From NCBI GenBank assembly GCA_964247055.1, contig OZ176053.1, positions 9,920,001-9,984,000 of the forward strand: DNA of 64,000 nucleotides, read 5' to 3'. Each line of letters begins with the position of its first letter. Positions within the stretch are counted from its first letter, which is position 1. Source of the stretch: Paragordius varius. Lineage: Eukaryota; Animalia; Nematomorpha. Below are positions 24,164 through 38,313 of the stretch, one piece after another. Both the position numbers and the translations under genes were made by a program. The notes below the pieces were generated by a model. The model was not told the DNA's origin. It made no database searches and saw only the letters and a list, made by a program, of their open reading frames with translations.

Positions 24164-27028
24164 ATGGTAAAACGCACTGTGGAGCCAATCTATGTGATTA
24201 AGCAAAATTCTATTTTATATACATGGGTCATGAGTCGTCCAAAAGATGTTGACGATGACATAAACATAAATAATATAAACAACCCTGATTCCTATCCTCA
24301 ACATCAATCTATCAATTTGACAAGTATGGCGGAGGATTTGTCCTGGGAAAACGCTGAACACATTTTAAATTCTTTTAGCACATATTACACTATTGCAATC
24401 ATTGCGCTTGGAGTTGTGGGTAATGCCCTAAGTATTGTGGTTATCTTGTTTGGCTCCTTGTTGCATCCACGTTTATGCAGCCGCAGTTGTATATCCAATT
24501 TCAAATCTCACGATATTTTTCAATGCAGCTATTGGGGAAGGATGATACAGCTTAAATATGCCGCTTTGAAGAAGCTATTTCAAAACCCAGTTAAACAAAT
24601 CCATCGTGTAAGTATCCCATCGAGATTTATCCGCGGCCATGATGGAAAAAGACCAAACAACTATATTTCTCTCCGTCAAAAACAAACTGGCGGTCCCCCG
24701 ATATCGCTTACAACTTCATATTACTATTATCTTTTATCAGTTTCGTTTGCTGACTTAGGCTTTCTACTTTGCCTTTTTTGCGTATGGTGGTCCTACCTTG
24801 GATACAACATTTATAATCGCCGTTTCATATGTCAATTGGTCAACTATAGTTCCTACGTATTCAGTTTTGTGTCTGTGTGGCTTATTGTGGCATTTACCGT
24901 TGAACGATTTATTGCACTCTACTTCCCGTTGCAAAGAACATCGTTCTGTACGCCCAATAGGGCTAAGACTAACATTTTTTCCGTAGTTTTTATAGGGATA
25001 ATTATATATCTCTATATCTTATTTGCAGCTGGTGTTAGTTATACGATAGCTCCACTAAACGATTCTGTGTTGGAGATTAGTCCATCACTTGAAAATATTC
25101 TTAGAAAAATATCAGTATCATCCATGCACAATCCAATTGTTATTAGCATAATACACAGTGTCAATACTTCGGCCACCATACTAAAATATTTATCTTATCC
25201 CATTAATCCAAATACATTAAGTTACAACAAAGAATTACGGACAAAACAGGAGACAAATGGTTCAATTTTTAATACTAATTTGAATAAAAGAAATTTACAA
25301 TTGGGACGGTTTACGACTCCTTCGCCCAAATCTTTCAATAAATCTTCCTCAAATCTGATCAATTTTAATGATGATTTGGAAAATAATAATTCTATCACTC
25401 CAGAATTCCAATTTGACAATACATTACTAAAAAGTAATTTGTTTTACTTTTATATATTATTGGTATCAGTATGAAAGGTTTGAGGTAATTGCCATTACAT
25501 TAAAAGGCTTGAAAATTCTAAAAAAATAAGTATGTAAACGGCACTTATCTATAGATTTTAATATTTTATTTTCAATATCTCTCGCATTATATTATCATAA
25601 AAATATTTTTCATAATATACCGTTATCCGCCCTACAGCCTCCAATATAGCAATTTTTTCTAGTTTTTGCCAGTTGGATAGGCATATTTAAAAAAATTGTT
25701 TAGGAAATATCAATTTTATTAAGATTTTATAGGCACGTTTTTACAACATATGGATCCGCGTGTTGACCACCCCTGTAAAGTATTAGACCAATTTTAAAAA
25801 ATGCTTTCTTTATTTAAGCGCATTTTTTTAATTTTTTTACAATATAATCCAAACCATTTTTTGACTTTTAATAAGTTTATATTATGGTTAAAATATTTAA
25901 GCTAACTTTGGAAAGCTTCCAAATTACTTTTTACCAGCAAATTTTTGATAATTTTTAAATTTAATATCGGCCGTTTGTTTCAATCGTGTTTTGGAGCTAT
26001 CGGAATTCGGAACCCCAGAAGTTAGAAAACTGTAAAAAGAGTTTTATTGACAGGGAAACTGAGTTTAAAAATTAGATTTTAACCAAAACAATTTTCAAAT
26101 CAGTAGTTTATTTACATGTTTAGCCTTTGGTACAAAACTACCCCAAAATGTAATTGTATAAAAAAATAAAAAGGTAATTAAGGTAAACAATATAAAAACA
26201 TATTGGAACTAATTATTTTACAGGTGGAACCGGGGCCGAAATTGTTCCCAAGTATTTGAAAATGGATTGGAATGTTTCCAGAGTCAGTGGAACCAGAACC
26301 GGTTTTTTCTAACCCAAAGAAACTGGTAATCAATCTCAAGGGCTTCCGCTACCGTTTAAATTATAACATTTGCTTCAGTCATTATATAGAAATTTAGTCA
26401 AATAATGCTTAATTTTATTGAATTATAAAGTTCTTTGGTTAAACATGCAGTCATAGGAGAATCTTGTGATTTAAAATTTAAAAATTATAAAAAAGACGTT
26501 TTAGTTCATGTTTTGAAAAAGTGGGACTAAAATACTTATAATCAGCTGGGCCCATATTTTAATTTACTAGCATAGTACAATATTTAGGGTTTACAATTAA
26601 GTTAAACTTATATTTAATAAAACTTAGTTTCAAAAGTTCTGATGTTCATTGTGGTGTTTATTAAAAAACAAAACTAATTTTTTTAAAAAAGTTTTTATCA
26701 ACATTTTGGATTAATTTAATCGAAAATAATAAATTAATATGGTTACCATTAAAAAGTTGTTACACCCTAATATAGCGTAATTTGATTTAATTTTTTGATT
26801 ATTACGATTTTTATAAACTGGAACTAGTAATAATGTTTTCAGGGGTATTTTAATTTTTTTAGACCATGTAGTATATTAAAAGGGCATAGTAAAAATACTG
26901 ATGTTGGCACATTTTCGTGCTCCATTAATTTGTATATGGCGTCCTTCGACTCCTACAGTTGTTTTAATTGTTAATATTGGGTCATAAAAATTTAAGTCTT
27001 AAACGGATCCCAAAAAATTCACAGATTA

Positions 27029-27078
<50 letters not shown>

Positions 27079-28208
27079 CATTAGATTCATCATTGACAAA
27101 CTTGGCGATTTCCAGATTCTATGTTGAAGCTGAATGCACAGTCAAATCTTCACATTTAGGAGTTATGTACATAATAAACCATTTAGATAATATTTTATCC
27201 CTGTACCTACCTTTCATCACGCTCCTTACTCTCAACATTTTAATTGTAAGAAAAATATTGATATTTATGAGGAGTCATCGCGATTACTTTGATAGTTTGG
27301 ACAAGGGAAGTATGACCTCCATAAGATTGGTAAATATTTCACAGGACTATACGAACGATTTCCCCTTTAAAAGGCCATCACAGTATTGTGTTAGACCAAG
27401 TTCGCCATCAGAAAACCTAACAGAAACCAAAGGCGGATCAACCATAAAAAATATATCTGCACCAAACCTTAGTGGTAATGTTGATAGTAAGGAGGCTGAA
27501 ACGAATCCCACTAGCGATTCCAAACAGAATAATACACATAAACCTGGGAGTTTAAAAATGAATCACTCAATAAACACAGATGATTCAGACAAAATAAAAA
27601 CTGACATTTCATCGCCCAAAATGAATAATAGGAGTAGTGTAAAACGAACTCCTACACCCACATCCCCCAATTTTTTAACGCCTCCTTTTCCCAATTATTC
27701 TGCTTTTGACAAAGGCCCAGACCTAGCAACTAATATTAATGACAATCTCAACACTTGTCACAAAATTGGTAGCAAATCAATGAATAACATTGATCAAATT
27801 AAACAAGGAAAAAATGAACCAGAAATTGTCAACGCTAACCGGGTTATTCAAATCTCTTTAAGAAAAAAATGTGAGCCGACTAAAAAACTAAATATTAAGC
27901 AGAGTGCCTTTACAAAAACGCAAATGAGCATAACGAAACTTGTGTTACTGTTATCAAGCATCTTCCTCATACTCAATTTTCCTTCATACATACTCAGGAT
28001 ACAAACTTACGTACTAACGCTAAATCAACAACAACCTAATCGAACACAGAGAGCTCATTTTTTGGAACGAGTATTTCTGTTGATCTATTACACCAATTTT
28101 TCAATCAACTTTTTACTGTATACGGCATGCGGTAGAACTTTTCGCAAAGCCCTTCTTCGTCTATTTGGTTTTCGCACACATCATAGGAACGTGGAAAGGA
28201 ATGCGTAA
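24164..28208 (+). CDS. Class A (rhodopsin-like) peptide GPCR, FMRFamide/TRH-receptor-like, 2 coding exons, ~800 aa
   Basis: TM1 YYTIAIIALGVVGNALSIVV; TM2 YYYLLSVSFADL; TM3 CQLVNY...FTVERFIALYFP; TM5 DNILSLYLPFITLLTLN; TM6 ITKLVLLLSSIFLILNFP; TM7 YYTNFSINFLLY..GRTFR. A phase-1 donor at 25434 joins an acceptor ending 27084 in frame. The true start may be a downstream Met. Confidence 0.88.
27031..27076. repeat. (AT)23 microsatellite just upstream of the GPCR 3' splice site
   Basis: Perfect AT run ending 6 nt before the acceptor AG (27083-27084). Confidence 0.95.
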
Positions 28209-31200
28209 CAAAATTTTTAAACTAATTACTTGAAAGCTCTTATCCTTGTTATGAACCCAAAATACTTAAGAACTTCTTATCATCAAAATTATAATTCGTG
28301 CAATCTGATCTCTCAAAACTTTTATATGTAAAACATTGCACATATTAAACCCACCTTTTAAATACCAACCACGTTCTTTGATACGGAACACATTTTAATT
28401 GATAAAAAGCCCAATGAAATAATTGTTTGATGTCAATCGTAATGTGATAAATAAAAATATTAATTAGATATAATCATATTTTAATATTTAACAAAATATA
28501 GAACCCAATTTTATTTATGTAAATATTTTTTAGATAAAAATTTCAATGGTAACGCATAAAAATTATCTTGGTATAATGGAGAAACTCCTTATATAACATT
28601 GTATAAATTGGAAGAAAATATAAAAAAAATTATATTTACAAAGCTAAACAATGCTTTTTGATGGTGTAGAAGCTCGGATATAGAAATGCCGAGAAAAGTT
28701 TTATATTTTTAATTATATATTTTTAAAATGTAGAATGCTGGCCTTGAGACAAAATCCAAAAATATGTAATTCAAATCCAAATGTGTAATGACTTTAGTCG
28801 GCCTTTTTAATCGTTCAGTTAGGCGCCAATTCTTGTAAAAATAGGAGTTTTGTAAAATAATTGTTAAAAATCGTATCTCTGAAGCAACTTCTAAAATTTT
28901 TATTCATTTAGAATGTTTGACTAGTAGGACCATTTTATTAATTAGGCCATGCTTCCTTCGTTAATCCATTAGCAAAACTAAATCCCTAAAAATAAATTTC
29001 AAGCCAATTTTCACCCAAGTTATTAGACTGTATAAAATCAAAAATATTCCCAGTATAAAGACAATCAAGTTAAGCATTTTATTAAATCGAACGTTAAGAG
29101 ACTCCCGTTTTTAATGCGTCACCATAAATAACGTGACTTGCTAATTATTACAAAATTTCAAATAAATATATTCGATAGACCTCTAAAATGGTTAAATTTT
29201 ATGTTGGCTTTTTTCAATCAGTTGCTGTTTAGGGGTGCTAAAATGCGCCATCATAAAAATATAACTCTAAAAGCCAATGAGAGCATAAGGAATCATTATT
29301 AATTTTGGATTTTCCGCATAGAAAGCCATAAATTTTTGTTAGGCACTATTTTAGCCGCTAAGTAGACCGTGTAAAAAAAATTATTTGGTTTTGAGGCCCG
29401 TTTTCTAAACTAAGCCCCCATATGGAATTAATAATAGTTTTTGGCATCTTCTTAAAAAAATTTCATAGTTCTTAAGTTTGGCTGCTGAGTGGAATTCCAC
29501 CAACTCTAGAATACGCCATCCTTTAAAATAACTTAGATTAAAGTAATATTTCGAAAACCCTAGAATATAAGGAATTTATTATGGTTTTAGCAGTTTTTAT
29601 CATAGACATAAATTAAAGTCGAGCACTTTTTTTTAAAGAGCCGGCTACCATGTAAATAATAATTTGACACGTTTTCAAAAACTCATAAGACTATATGGTA
29701 TAGTGACTTCAAATATTTCCTATATAAAAACACAAATTTTGGGTAAGGACTTTTTTTATAAGACGGTGGTTAGAGAAGGGGTAACCAAACGGTCGACCGG
29801 ACTTTGTAATCGCGAGATTTAAAAATGTCCCTGAAAATCTATTAAAAAATGTAATAAATATTTCTGCAGAGAATTTTTTTCCACAATTTCTTAATTTATT
29901 TTTTTTATGTGTTTGAAATATTATATTTGTAGACAAAAATTTATATTTATTTAAGTGGTTTATTAATATATTTATTTAATCACATGTATTTTATTCAAAC
30001 TTTAAATCATTTGCGATTTTCTTAAAAAGTAATTAAAATTTAGCAAAAAAACAGAAGCAGTTATTTTTTAAACTTATCTTAAAGTATACTTAAATATTTT
30101 GCCCAGAAAAAAGCTAAATTTCGTTATAAAAATGAATGGGAAGAAGATTATTTTTTATAATGATTAATGAATGTATTTGATATCCAACTCCACCGTGCTC
30201 ATATGAACCCTCAAAAATACAATTTAGATATTCGCAAATCAGTTATTGAAATAGTAACTAAATGCTCAGAAACACTGCATTGTGAAATATAGCAAAAATT
30301 AAAAAAATCAATAATTGCAACTTACGAAATAAAAATCCTAATAAAATCAACATTTCTTTTCAGGACGGAGAAATTTGGAAAGAAGCTTTTAAAGCTTTTG
30401 AAAAGCTATTTGGAATTATAAATACAAAAAGAATATTATGAAAACAAAAGCTTATCCCTATCTAGAAACTCAATTATGCGGAGGGACTTAATCTTAATTA
30501 GAATCTTACGGATATTTTACATGTAAAATATTAAATCTTGTATATTTTTTCGCTTCAAGTTGATGAGTCCACCGATTACGCCGGAATTTCACAATTATGC
30601 GTTTTTTATACTGGTTTGTAGAACCAGAGGTCTTCTGAATCAACAGTTTAATAAAATTTGGATTACATTTAAAAATTACTACTCACTAATAATTATTTTT
30701 CGTAATATTTATTTTAAAATGGCCTGTGCTAGTCACCCCAATCCGTAAATAGAGATAAAGATTGTATCTTTTGTGCTGAAGGTGAATCTTTTATTACTTA
30801 ATATTCATACGTGCCCCCTAAAATTTTCTCTCCAAAAAGTAGCCCGCGGTAGAAAAAGGTTGGCCACCCCTAGGTTAGAGCTTCGATGTCTACAAAATGC
30901 GCTACCGTGTGCAAATGACGTGACTTTGAGGAAGGTTTTCGGTAAACCTATAAAATTATATGAATTTAAATATTTGGTCCTGTGTTATAACAAATTATTA
31001 GGTCAAGTACGGATTTTAAATTTAAATCCGGATTAAATATAATGAGTATTTTGCAAAATCATACATGCTCCTTATTAAAAAAATATTTTTTAAAATGTTG
31101 GCATAAACATATTTCCTCTTAAACCTTTAGCCGACAAATAGTTCGATAAAATACAGTAAGAAAAATAATTAAGTTTAAAATTTTGATTACGTGTTAGCAA

Positions 31201-31669
31201 ATTGATAATGATTATAAAATCAATTGTTATTTAAACTTAAATATACCACTTTCATCTCGGTCCTCCGATTCTAATTGGGGTCTTTGCGAGGCCCAGGCCT
31301 CTGTAAATTAATTATTTTTAAAAATGTGAAGCAAAATGAAATTATTAAAAAGTTTGCATTTACACTCACAAAAATATCTTGATATAATATATATTTGAAA
31401 AATATATCATGATCATCATGGTGCTTTTGGTTTTAACCCTTACGTGTGATTTACAAAAGTTATTCACTGTGGTAAATCCATATCAGTAAATGGCAAAAGT
31501 TGCGCATATTTTTTTAAATAAAATTTTTTTGGCGAAAGTTAAATGCTTCATACCAAAAAATATCACTAAATTGTCATAAACTACATATCAAAAGCAAAAC
31601 AATATTTTTTAAAATATTTTAATTTTTAGATAAGGGCTCCGAAAGTCTTAAATTTATATGCTCTTATAA

Positions 31670-32228
31670 CACTTCGATTCGAATTGGGGTATCCAAATAC
31701 CCCAGACTATTTTTAAGTTGATATTCTGAAAGAAACGGTCCCAATTTAAATTAATACTTTTATCCAAATAAATATTATATAAATAAGCCGAAATATCCAA
31801 ATAAAATTTAGTTTTGAAAAAAAATTCCATATCAAATTGCTTCGACACAATATTTATTGTGCAACTTTGCAAAATATCGTGTTTATTTTATTTTAAAGCT
31901 AAAATCAAAACTAATTTTACATTTAAATCACATCTGACATTGATAGAAACAAGAAAAATGGTTTATTTTGTTTTATTATTATAAAATTTAGCTAATGCAC
32001 ACATGTCATGTTGACTAAATTTTAACCTTGAGGTTATACCTTAAAATAGGTTATATCAAGTATACTTAAATGAACTTTTTTATATATTTCGGTTAATTAA
32101 GTCGTATATGTGCAAATATTTGCCCTGGTTTCAATTCATTCCATATTTTTTGAATTTCAAACAGGCCTGGGGTATTCAACTACCCCAATTTGAATCGCGG
32201 AATAAAATGAATGTGATGTATCCAAGTG
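31670..32228 (+). mobile_element. piggyBac-like MITE (family 1), older copy
   Basis: CACTTCGATTC...TATCCAAGTG; flanks ATAA / TTAA. Confidence 0.75.
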
Positions 32229-33229
32229 TTAAAATAGGCAAAATATCTTAAAATAAAAGAAAAAGCACAGATGCGGATACTTTTAAATATTTTGATATCA
32301 ACCCAAAATATTGTAAAAATATTTTCTAAAAAAATAAATTTTAAGCAAAATTTTGTTTAAGCCTATTTCATACTATTTTGAGGCATGGGTATGAATTTCA
32401 AGATAACAAATACCCTTTTTATACTCATAATTCTATGATGCTAAGCATTTCTATTACCTGAAATTTCTAAATCTTCAAATATGTGTTAAATATAAATTGT
32501 GATTTTTAAAAATCACAAATGAAAGCGAAGCCTTTAAATTTAAGTACTGAAGCGATCGAAATGTTCAGCATTATCGGATTATATAGAAAAAGTGTTTTTA
32601 ATATCTTAAAGCGTTTTTAAACAGTTTTCACGATACCTCAAAATAGTATGAAATACGCTTCATTATAAAGCTATACCATTTGCACTTCAAGAGTGTTCTT
32701 GAACACTTCAAGTTGATCCTTGAATGCTTTTATTTTGTTTTATACTTTTGTAAATCAAACGGGTATCATTCATCTATTTTGTCATTTTAAACATTTTATT
32801 TAACCTAAACTTCTAGAAAAGTTTGATTTTACACATAATTAAAAAATATAAAGTTTTCTGGGTTTTTATTTACATTTTTCATTAAAACATTTTTAAGTAA
32901 TTTTGATAAATTGGTAAATTATTTTGAACAAAAAAAGTGTTTTTATTGAATTAAAAATTTTAATTTTAAATAAATATAATATATATAAATATATATATTA
33001 TAAACACAGCTTGGTTAAAAAATAATATAATAAATACAAGCAAAAATTATGGTTAAATCCAAACTTGATATAATCAAGGACCTAATTGAATGTTTAGGGA
33101 CCAACTTAAAGTGTTAGGACCAACTTAAAGTGTTCAAGGACACTCTTATGATGGTATATTTTAATTGATACCAAAGTTTAACATATACACGACCTTTTTA
33201 TCAGGCATTATTGGCATTTTACCGTTTAG

Positions 33230-33809
33230 CACTTGGATACAACACACACATTTTAGTCCTTCGATTTAAATTGGGGTAGTTGAATACCCCAAGCCTGTTT
33301 AAAATTAAATTCTTTAAAAAATATAGAAGGAATCGAAACCATGGCAAAATTTTTCACTTATCTAACATTAATAAACCGAGATATATAAAAAATTTATTCA
33401 AAAATAATTGATATTACTTATTTTAAGCTAAAACCGAAAGGTAAAAATTTCGTCAACGTGACATGTGTCAAAATGTAAAATTGAAAAATTATACAAACTA
33501 AACCGCTTATTCTATTTCTATCAATGTTAGATGTAATTTCTATAAAAATTAGCTTTAGTTTTACCTTTAAAATTAAATAGAGACGATATTTTGCAAAAAT
33601 TTTGTAAAATAAAAATGGCGTCGAAGTAGTTTGAGATGGAGCTTTTTTTTCAAAACAAAATTTTATCAAGATGTTTTGGCATATTTATATAATATATATC
33701 AGGATAGAAGCATAAATTCAAATTGGGACCGTTTCCTTCAGTAGTTTTTTGAAAATATTAATTTAAATTTAGTCTGGGGTATTTAGATACCCCAATTTGA
33801 ATCGAAGTG
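33230..33809 (-). mobile_element. piggyBac-like MITE (family 1)
   Basis: CACTTGGATAC...GAATCGAAGTG; direct-repeat flanks TTAG / TTAG. Confidence 0.8.
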
Positions 33810-34779
33810 TTAGAAGAGCGAAAAATTTGCGACTCTTAGAGGTCATATCTAAAAATTGGTAATTCCAAATAATGTTTTGCTTTATATTCTAGTTTAAGTG
33901 ATAATTTTTGAAGCATTAAGGTTACACCATAAATTTTATTTTAAATTATGTGCGGAAATTTGGCCATTTGATATGAAACACTTACCACAAAAGTGTAAAT
34001 AGCTTTTAAATCCCTCATAAGGGCCAAAACAAAAGCAACATGATAATATTGATACATTTTTCAAAATCTATATATTTCATCAGGATATTTTTTATAACTC
34101 CCAATTTTATAGCCGGTATTATATAACTACACCGAAATATAAAAAAGATTCTAAAAGTTTGATATGAGTTATTTTATGGATGAACCTTAAGGAAAACATT
34201 TAGTCAATATGACATGTGTGCATTAGCTAACTATCAAAATAATGCAAATTAAACCCCTCTATTTATATCCATGTTAGATTTACCACTTCGACTCAAACTG
34301 TATTTAAAGTATTATTTTCAAAAAACCACTGAGACAAACGACTCCAACAAAATATTGTATCCTAATGGAAATTAATTAAATAAGCCAAAATAATAAATAA
34401 TTAGTTATGAAAAGAAAGTTCTCTATCAAACTACTTCGACACCATTTTTATTTAAAACATTTTTGCAAAATATCGCGTTTATTTGATTTCAACGAATTAA
34501 ATTAAAATCACATCTAAAATTTATATAAACAGAAAAGTGGTTATTTTATTATATTTAGATTTATGCACGTCATATTGTTTAAATTTTTATATCGAGGTTT
34601 AAACATGAAATATCAAGTCATTTAACACTTCATACCGTTTAATTTGCCCTTGTGCATATTGGGATAGTTGCATTATCCCAAAGCTTAATTTTGTATTATT
34701 TTAAATAATTGATCATCAAACATTGTTCCATGTATTAAATAAAAAAGTTTTATTTATTACAGTTTTGTGACTTCTAGAG

Positions 34780-35500
34780 TCTAAGATTGGGACATCTCCA
34801 AAACACGATTGAAACTAACAGCTGTAAAAAACAAAATATATCAAATTTTTTTGGTAAAATCTAGCCTAAAAGCTTTCAAATTAATTATATTTTTTAACCA
34901 TAATATACATATATTTGTCTGTTGCATTAGCGACTAAAAAAATGGAAAAAAATGCCTACAAAATATATTTTTTAAAAATTTATTGTTTAATGCGCCAAAG
35001 CATATGAAGCATATTTTAAATTTGGCTTTATACCTTAAATATTTTTTATAAAATTTGAATTTCAAATCACTCTGGAATATAAAACTATGCCAAAGAATGG
35101 AGTGTTAGGGAATTTTTTTTATATTTCGATGCATCAACTCCAATTTTTAGGATAGTTTTATATCGCAGAGCGATTTAAAATTCGAAATCTTAAAAAGTAT
35201 TCAATGTTTTAGTCAAATTTTAGAATGGGCTTTCTTTAGCCTTTTAGTATTTATACTTAATATCTTTAAAAAATGTAAAATTATGATGTATTCATCTAAA
35301 ACTTTTTTGCCGCCATTTTTTTTAAATCGCTATGCAACAAGCAAAATTTATATTATGGTTAAAAAAAGTAAATACCTAAAGAGTGTTCATGCCACATTTT
35401 ACCACCAAAAACTTGACATTTTTATTTAAATATCAGCTGTTCGTTTCAATCGTGTTTTGGAGCTGGCACAATTTTAAACTCTAAAATTTACAAAACGGTA
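34780..35500. repeat. Two head-to-head copies of a second dispersed repeat (family 2, CACTCC end next to TTAA/CTAA); relatives at ~25700-26150, ~39980-40175, 46771-46980, ~54200-54560
   Basis: Shared motifs TTTGGGGTAGTTTTATATCCCAGAGC and GTTTCAATCGTGTTTTGGAG occur in opposite orientations around 35105-35130. Confidence 0.6.
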
Positions 35501-36124
35501 AATAATATAAACTTTTTTAGGTAATACATGAGTACAATGTTTAATTAAATTTTAACTAAAATATCTTTCGAAACCGTTGTTTGTTCGCGAAATTGAGATC
35601 TGCCCTATTAAACTAACACAAAATAAAGAATAGGATTAAAATTGAAAAGGTAATTAAGTGTTAATCAAATAAACACGATATTAAACAAAAATATTGTAAT
35701 GGCGTCAAAACGGTTTTATATGTCTTTCAAAAAATTTTATTTAGATGTTTGGCTCATTTATATAATTTTTTTTGGACCGTTTCCTTCCGTAGTTTTTTTA
35801 AAATATCAATTAGTTTGGGATGTCTAGATACCCCAAAAAGAATCGAAGTGGTAACGGATTTAGGCTGTTTTATAAAAACACTTGAACCTTTGGGGCAAAT
35901 ACTTCCTTGTCATTAAATTATTATCTACCTTTAATTCTTTATTTACAAACGAATCACAAATAAATTGGTACTTTTATTTATATACAATCTTTCGCCAGTT
36001 TATATATCTCAAATTATTCCAAAAATATTTATTTAAACCGATAGTCGAAATATTTAAAATAATTTCACAATGTTTACTTAAGTTTGAATGTAATAAAATT
36101 AAAAAATAGTTTTTGTATGGTTTG

Positions 36125-38277
36125 ATGAAGCTGTGGCATGCTTGGTTTATTTTATTTTATGCGAGGGTAACTGCATCATTTGATGATGAAACGTTTATGG
36201 TTGAAGGAAAGTTAATTTTTGATGATGATAATTTTGATAACAACATGTGTCTATATGCTAAAGTTTTAACTTCTGGTAGCAAAAGTTTGGGTTTCCCTAG
36301 GTATTTATTTATATAATTTTATTTGAGACATGATTGTTCGTTTACAATATCAAATCTTTTGCCTGGTTCTTACGTTTTAGAAGTGGCTCATCCCGAATAC
36401 ACGTTCCAACAGGTTCGTGTGGACATCAGTAAAGTTGGGAAAATAAGGGCAAGAAAAGTATTAATAAATGTTTAGTTAGGTTAATAATATACAACCTAAT
36501 ATCGTGACAACCGTTCCTTATCCATTAAAAATAAAATCTTTATTTAAAACACAATATTTTCAGGCCAGGGAAAAGATGAGAATATCAGATTTTTTAATGA
36601 ATCCGATGGTATATAAAATATAATAAGTTTAGGTCTTAATGATGGTTTTACCATTAATACTCATAATGGTTGTTCCCAAGTTAATGAGTTCCCTGGATAT
36701 TGATGCTCAAAAGGTTTGTCTTGTTATTTATGATAACCATTATTGTACATTATTTTATTTATGGATAGTTTTCCCACATTTGCGCTAATATCTAATTTAT
36801 TTTGACTCCTGCCGATATTACGAAATGTTAACACTAGTTAGTTGTATATATATATATATATATATTTTAAATGTGGTATAATATGCACGATAAGTTTAAA
36901 TAATAAAGTTAATATATATGTGTGCATTCGGAACTCACTCTTATCATAATTATCCAATGATTTTACATATTGCCTTTTTTACAGCTTGACTATTTGAATT
37001 TTAAATTAATCTTAAAGCCTATATTTACAGATATTACATGGGCATTTTATAGATAGGAGGTTACGAATTCTTCTTGTCTTACTCTTAAATAATATAGCGT
37101 TATTTCATTAACACTGCGTCAAAATTAAGCTTTCTTGGAACTGAGTTGAAAATTATTTTTACGTCAACGAATGCATATAATGTAAATATAATAAGATTTC
37201 TTTTAAATCGGAAATTATACTGGATCTCGTTTTGGTGCTAAATTAATCTTTTTAATATTTTTTGTAGCTTTCAAAAGCCTTAATTGCTGCAAAGAAGCAC
37301 CTTTTATCATATGACAACTATATATTCAATATCTTGATATTTATTTTATAAATTATCAATTTTTTTAATTTATTTTTTATTCGTTTTGGCATGTATACAG
37401 TTGATGCCGATAGCCTTGAAAGGTTGTTACTTATTCCCATAGAGTGTTGATGACATAATAGGGATATTATTGATTCCAAGAAGTTATAATTATTTTTGAC
37501 GGTTCATTTGGCCTACAATTTTGTTTGTTTTGAATATTCACGTCGATTGTCTCATATTTTTATAAAGCATTTTCTTTAGTTGAAATAAATTGGTGGTTCG
37601 GTTCGCTTTTATTTATATACATCATTTGACTTTTTTCGTGTGTTTCTTTTGTTCCATCAAAACTAATTTTTTGGACTTCCATTTATTTTTACCTGCTTAC
37701 TTTTATTTAACCATTTAACAATTAAATTTTTATAATTTGATCGTCGTAAAACATACGATTTGAGTGTGCAAATGTTTAAAAATTATTATCATTTTATAAA
37801 TTCATCGACTTCCTTCGTGGTTTCTTGAAGCATATCTTCTAGTTTAATAAAAGAGATAATCATTATCATTTATTTTGTCGGTACCATGCTTTTCATAAAT
37901 CTTACAACAATTTCAGCTCTTTCCCACCAATTAAGTAAATGACCTTATACTCTGTAATGAAAAATTTTTAATATTTTAGTTATTTTTGGATTGTTTGGAT
38001 AACCAGTTTTGAACGGCATATAAGAAAACAAAACATTAGTATTTTATATATGTTTGTATCATTATTGTGTGGGAATTCACACAATTTTTATCGTTGTTGA
38101 TTGATTAAGGAATTGAAACCACTTCTTGTGTATATACACTCAAAAGATTATTCTGTTGCCTTTTTAAATTTAAGATAAGGTTTTGAATAATCTCAATTCA
38201 CTTACAAGTTTCCAATTATTTGTTTGCAAATGGATTCAAAATATTTTACTCATGCGAAAATGTGATTGTATAAATAC

Positions 38278-38313
<36 letters not shown>

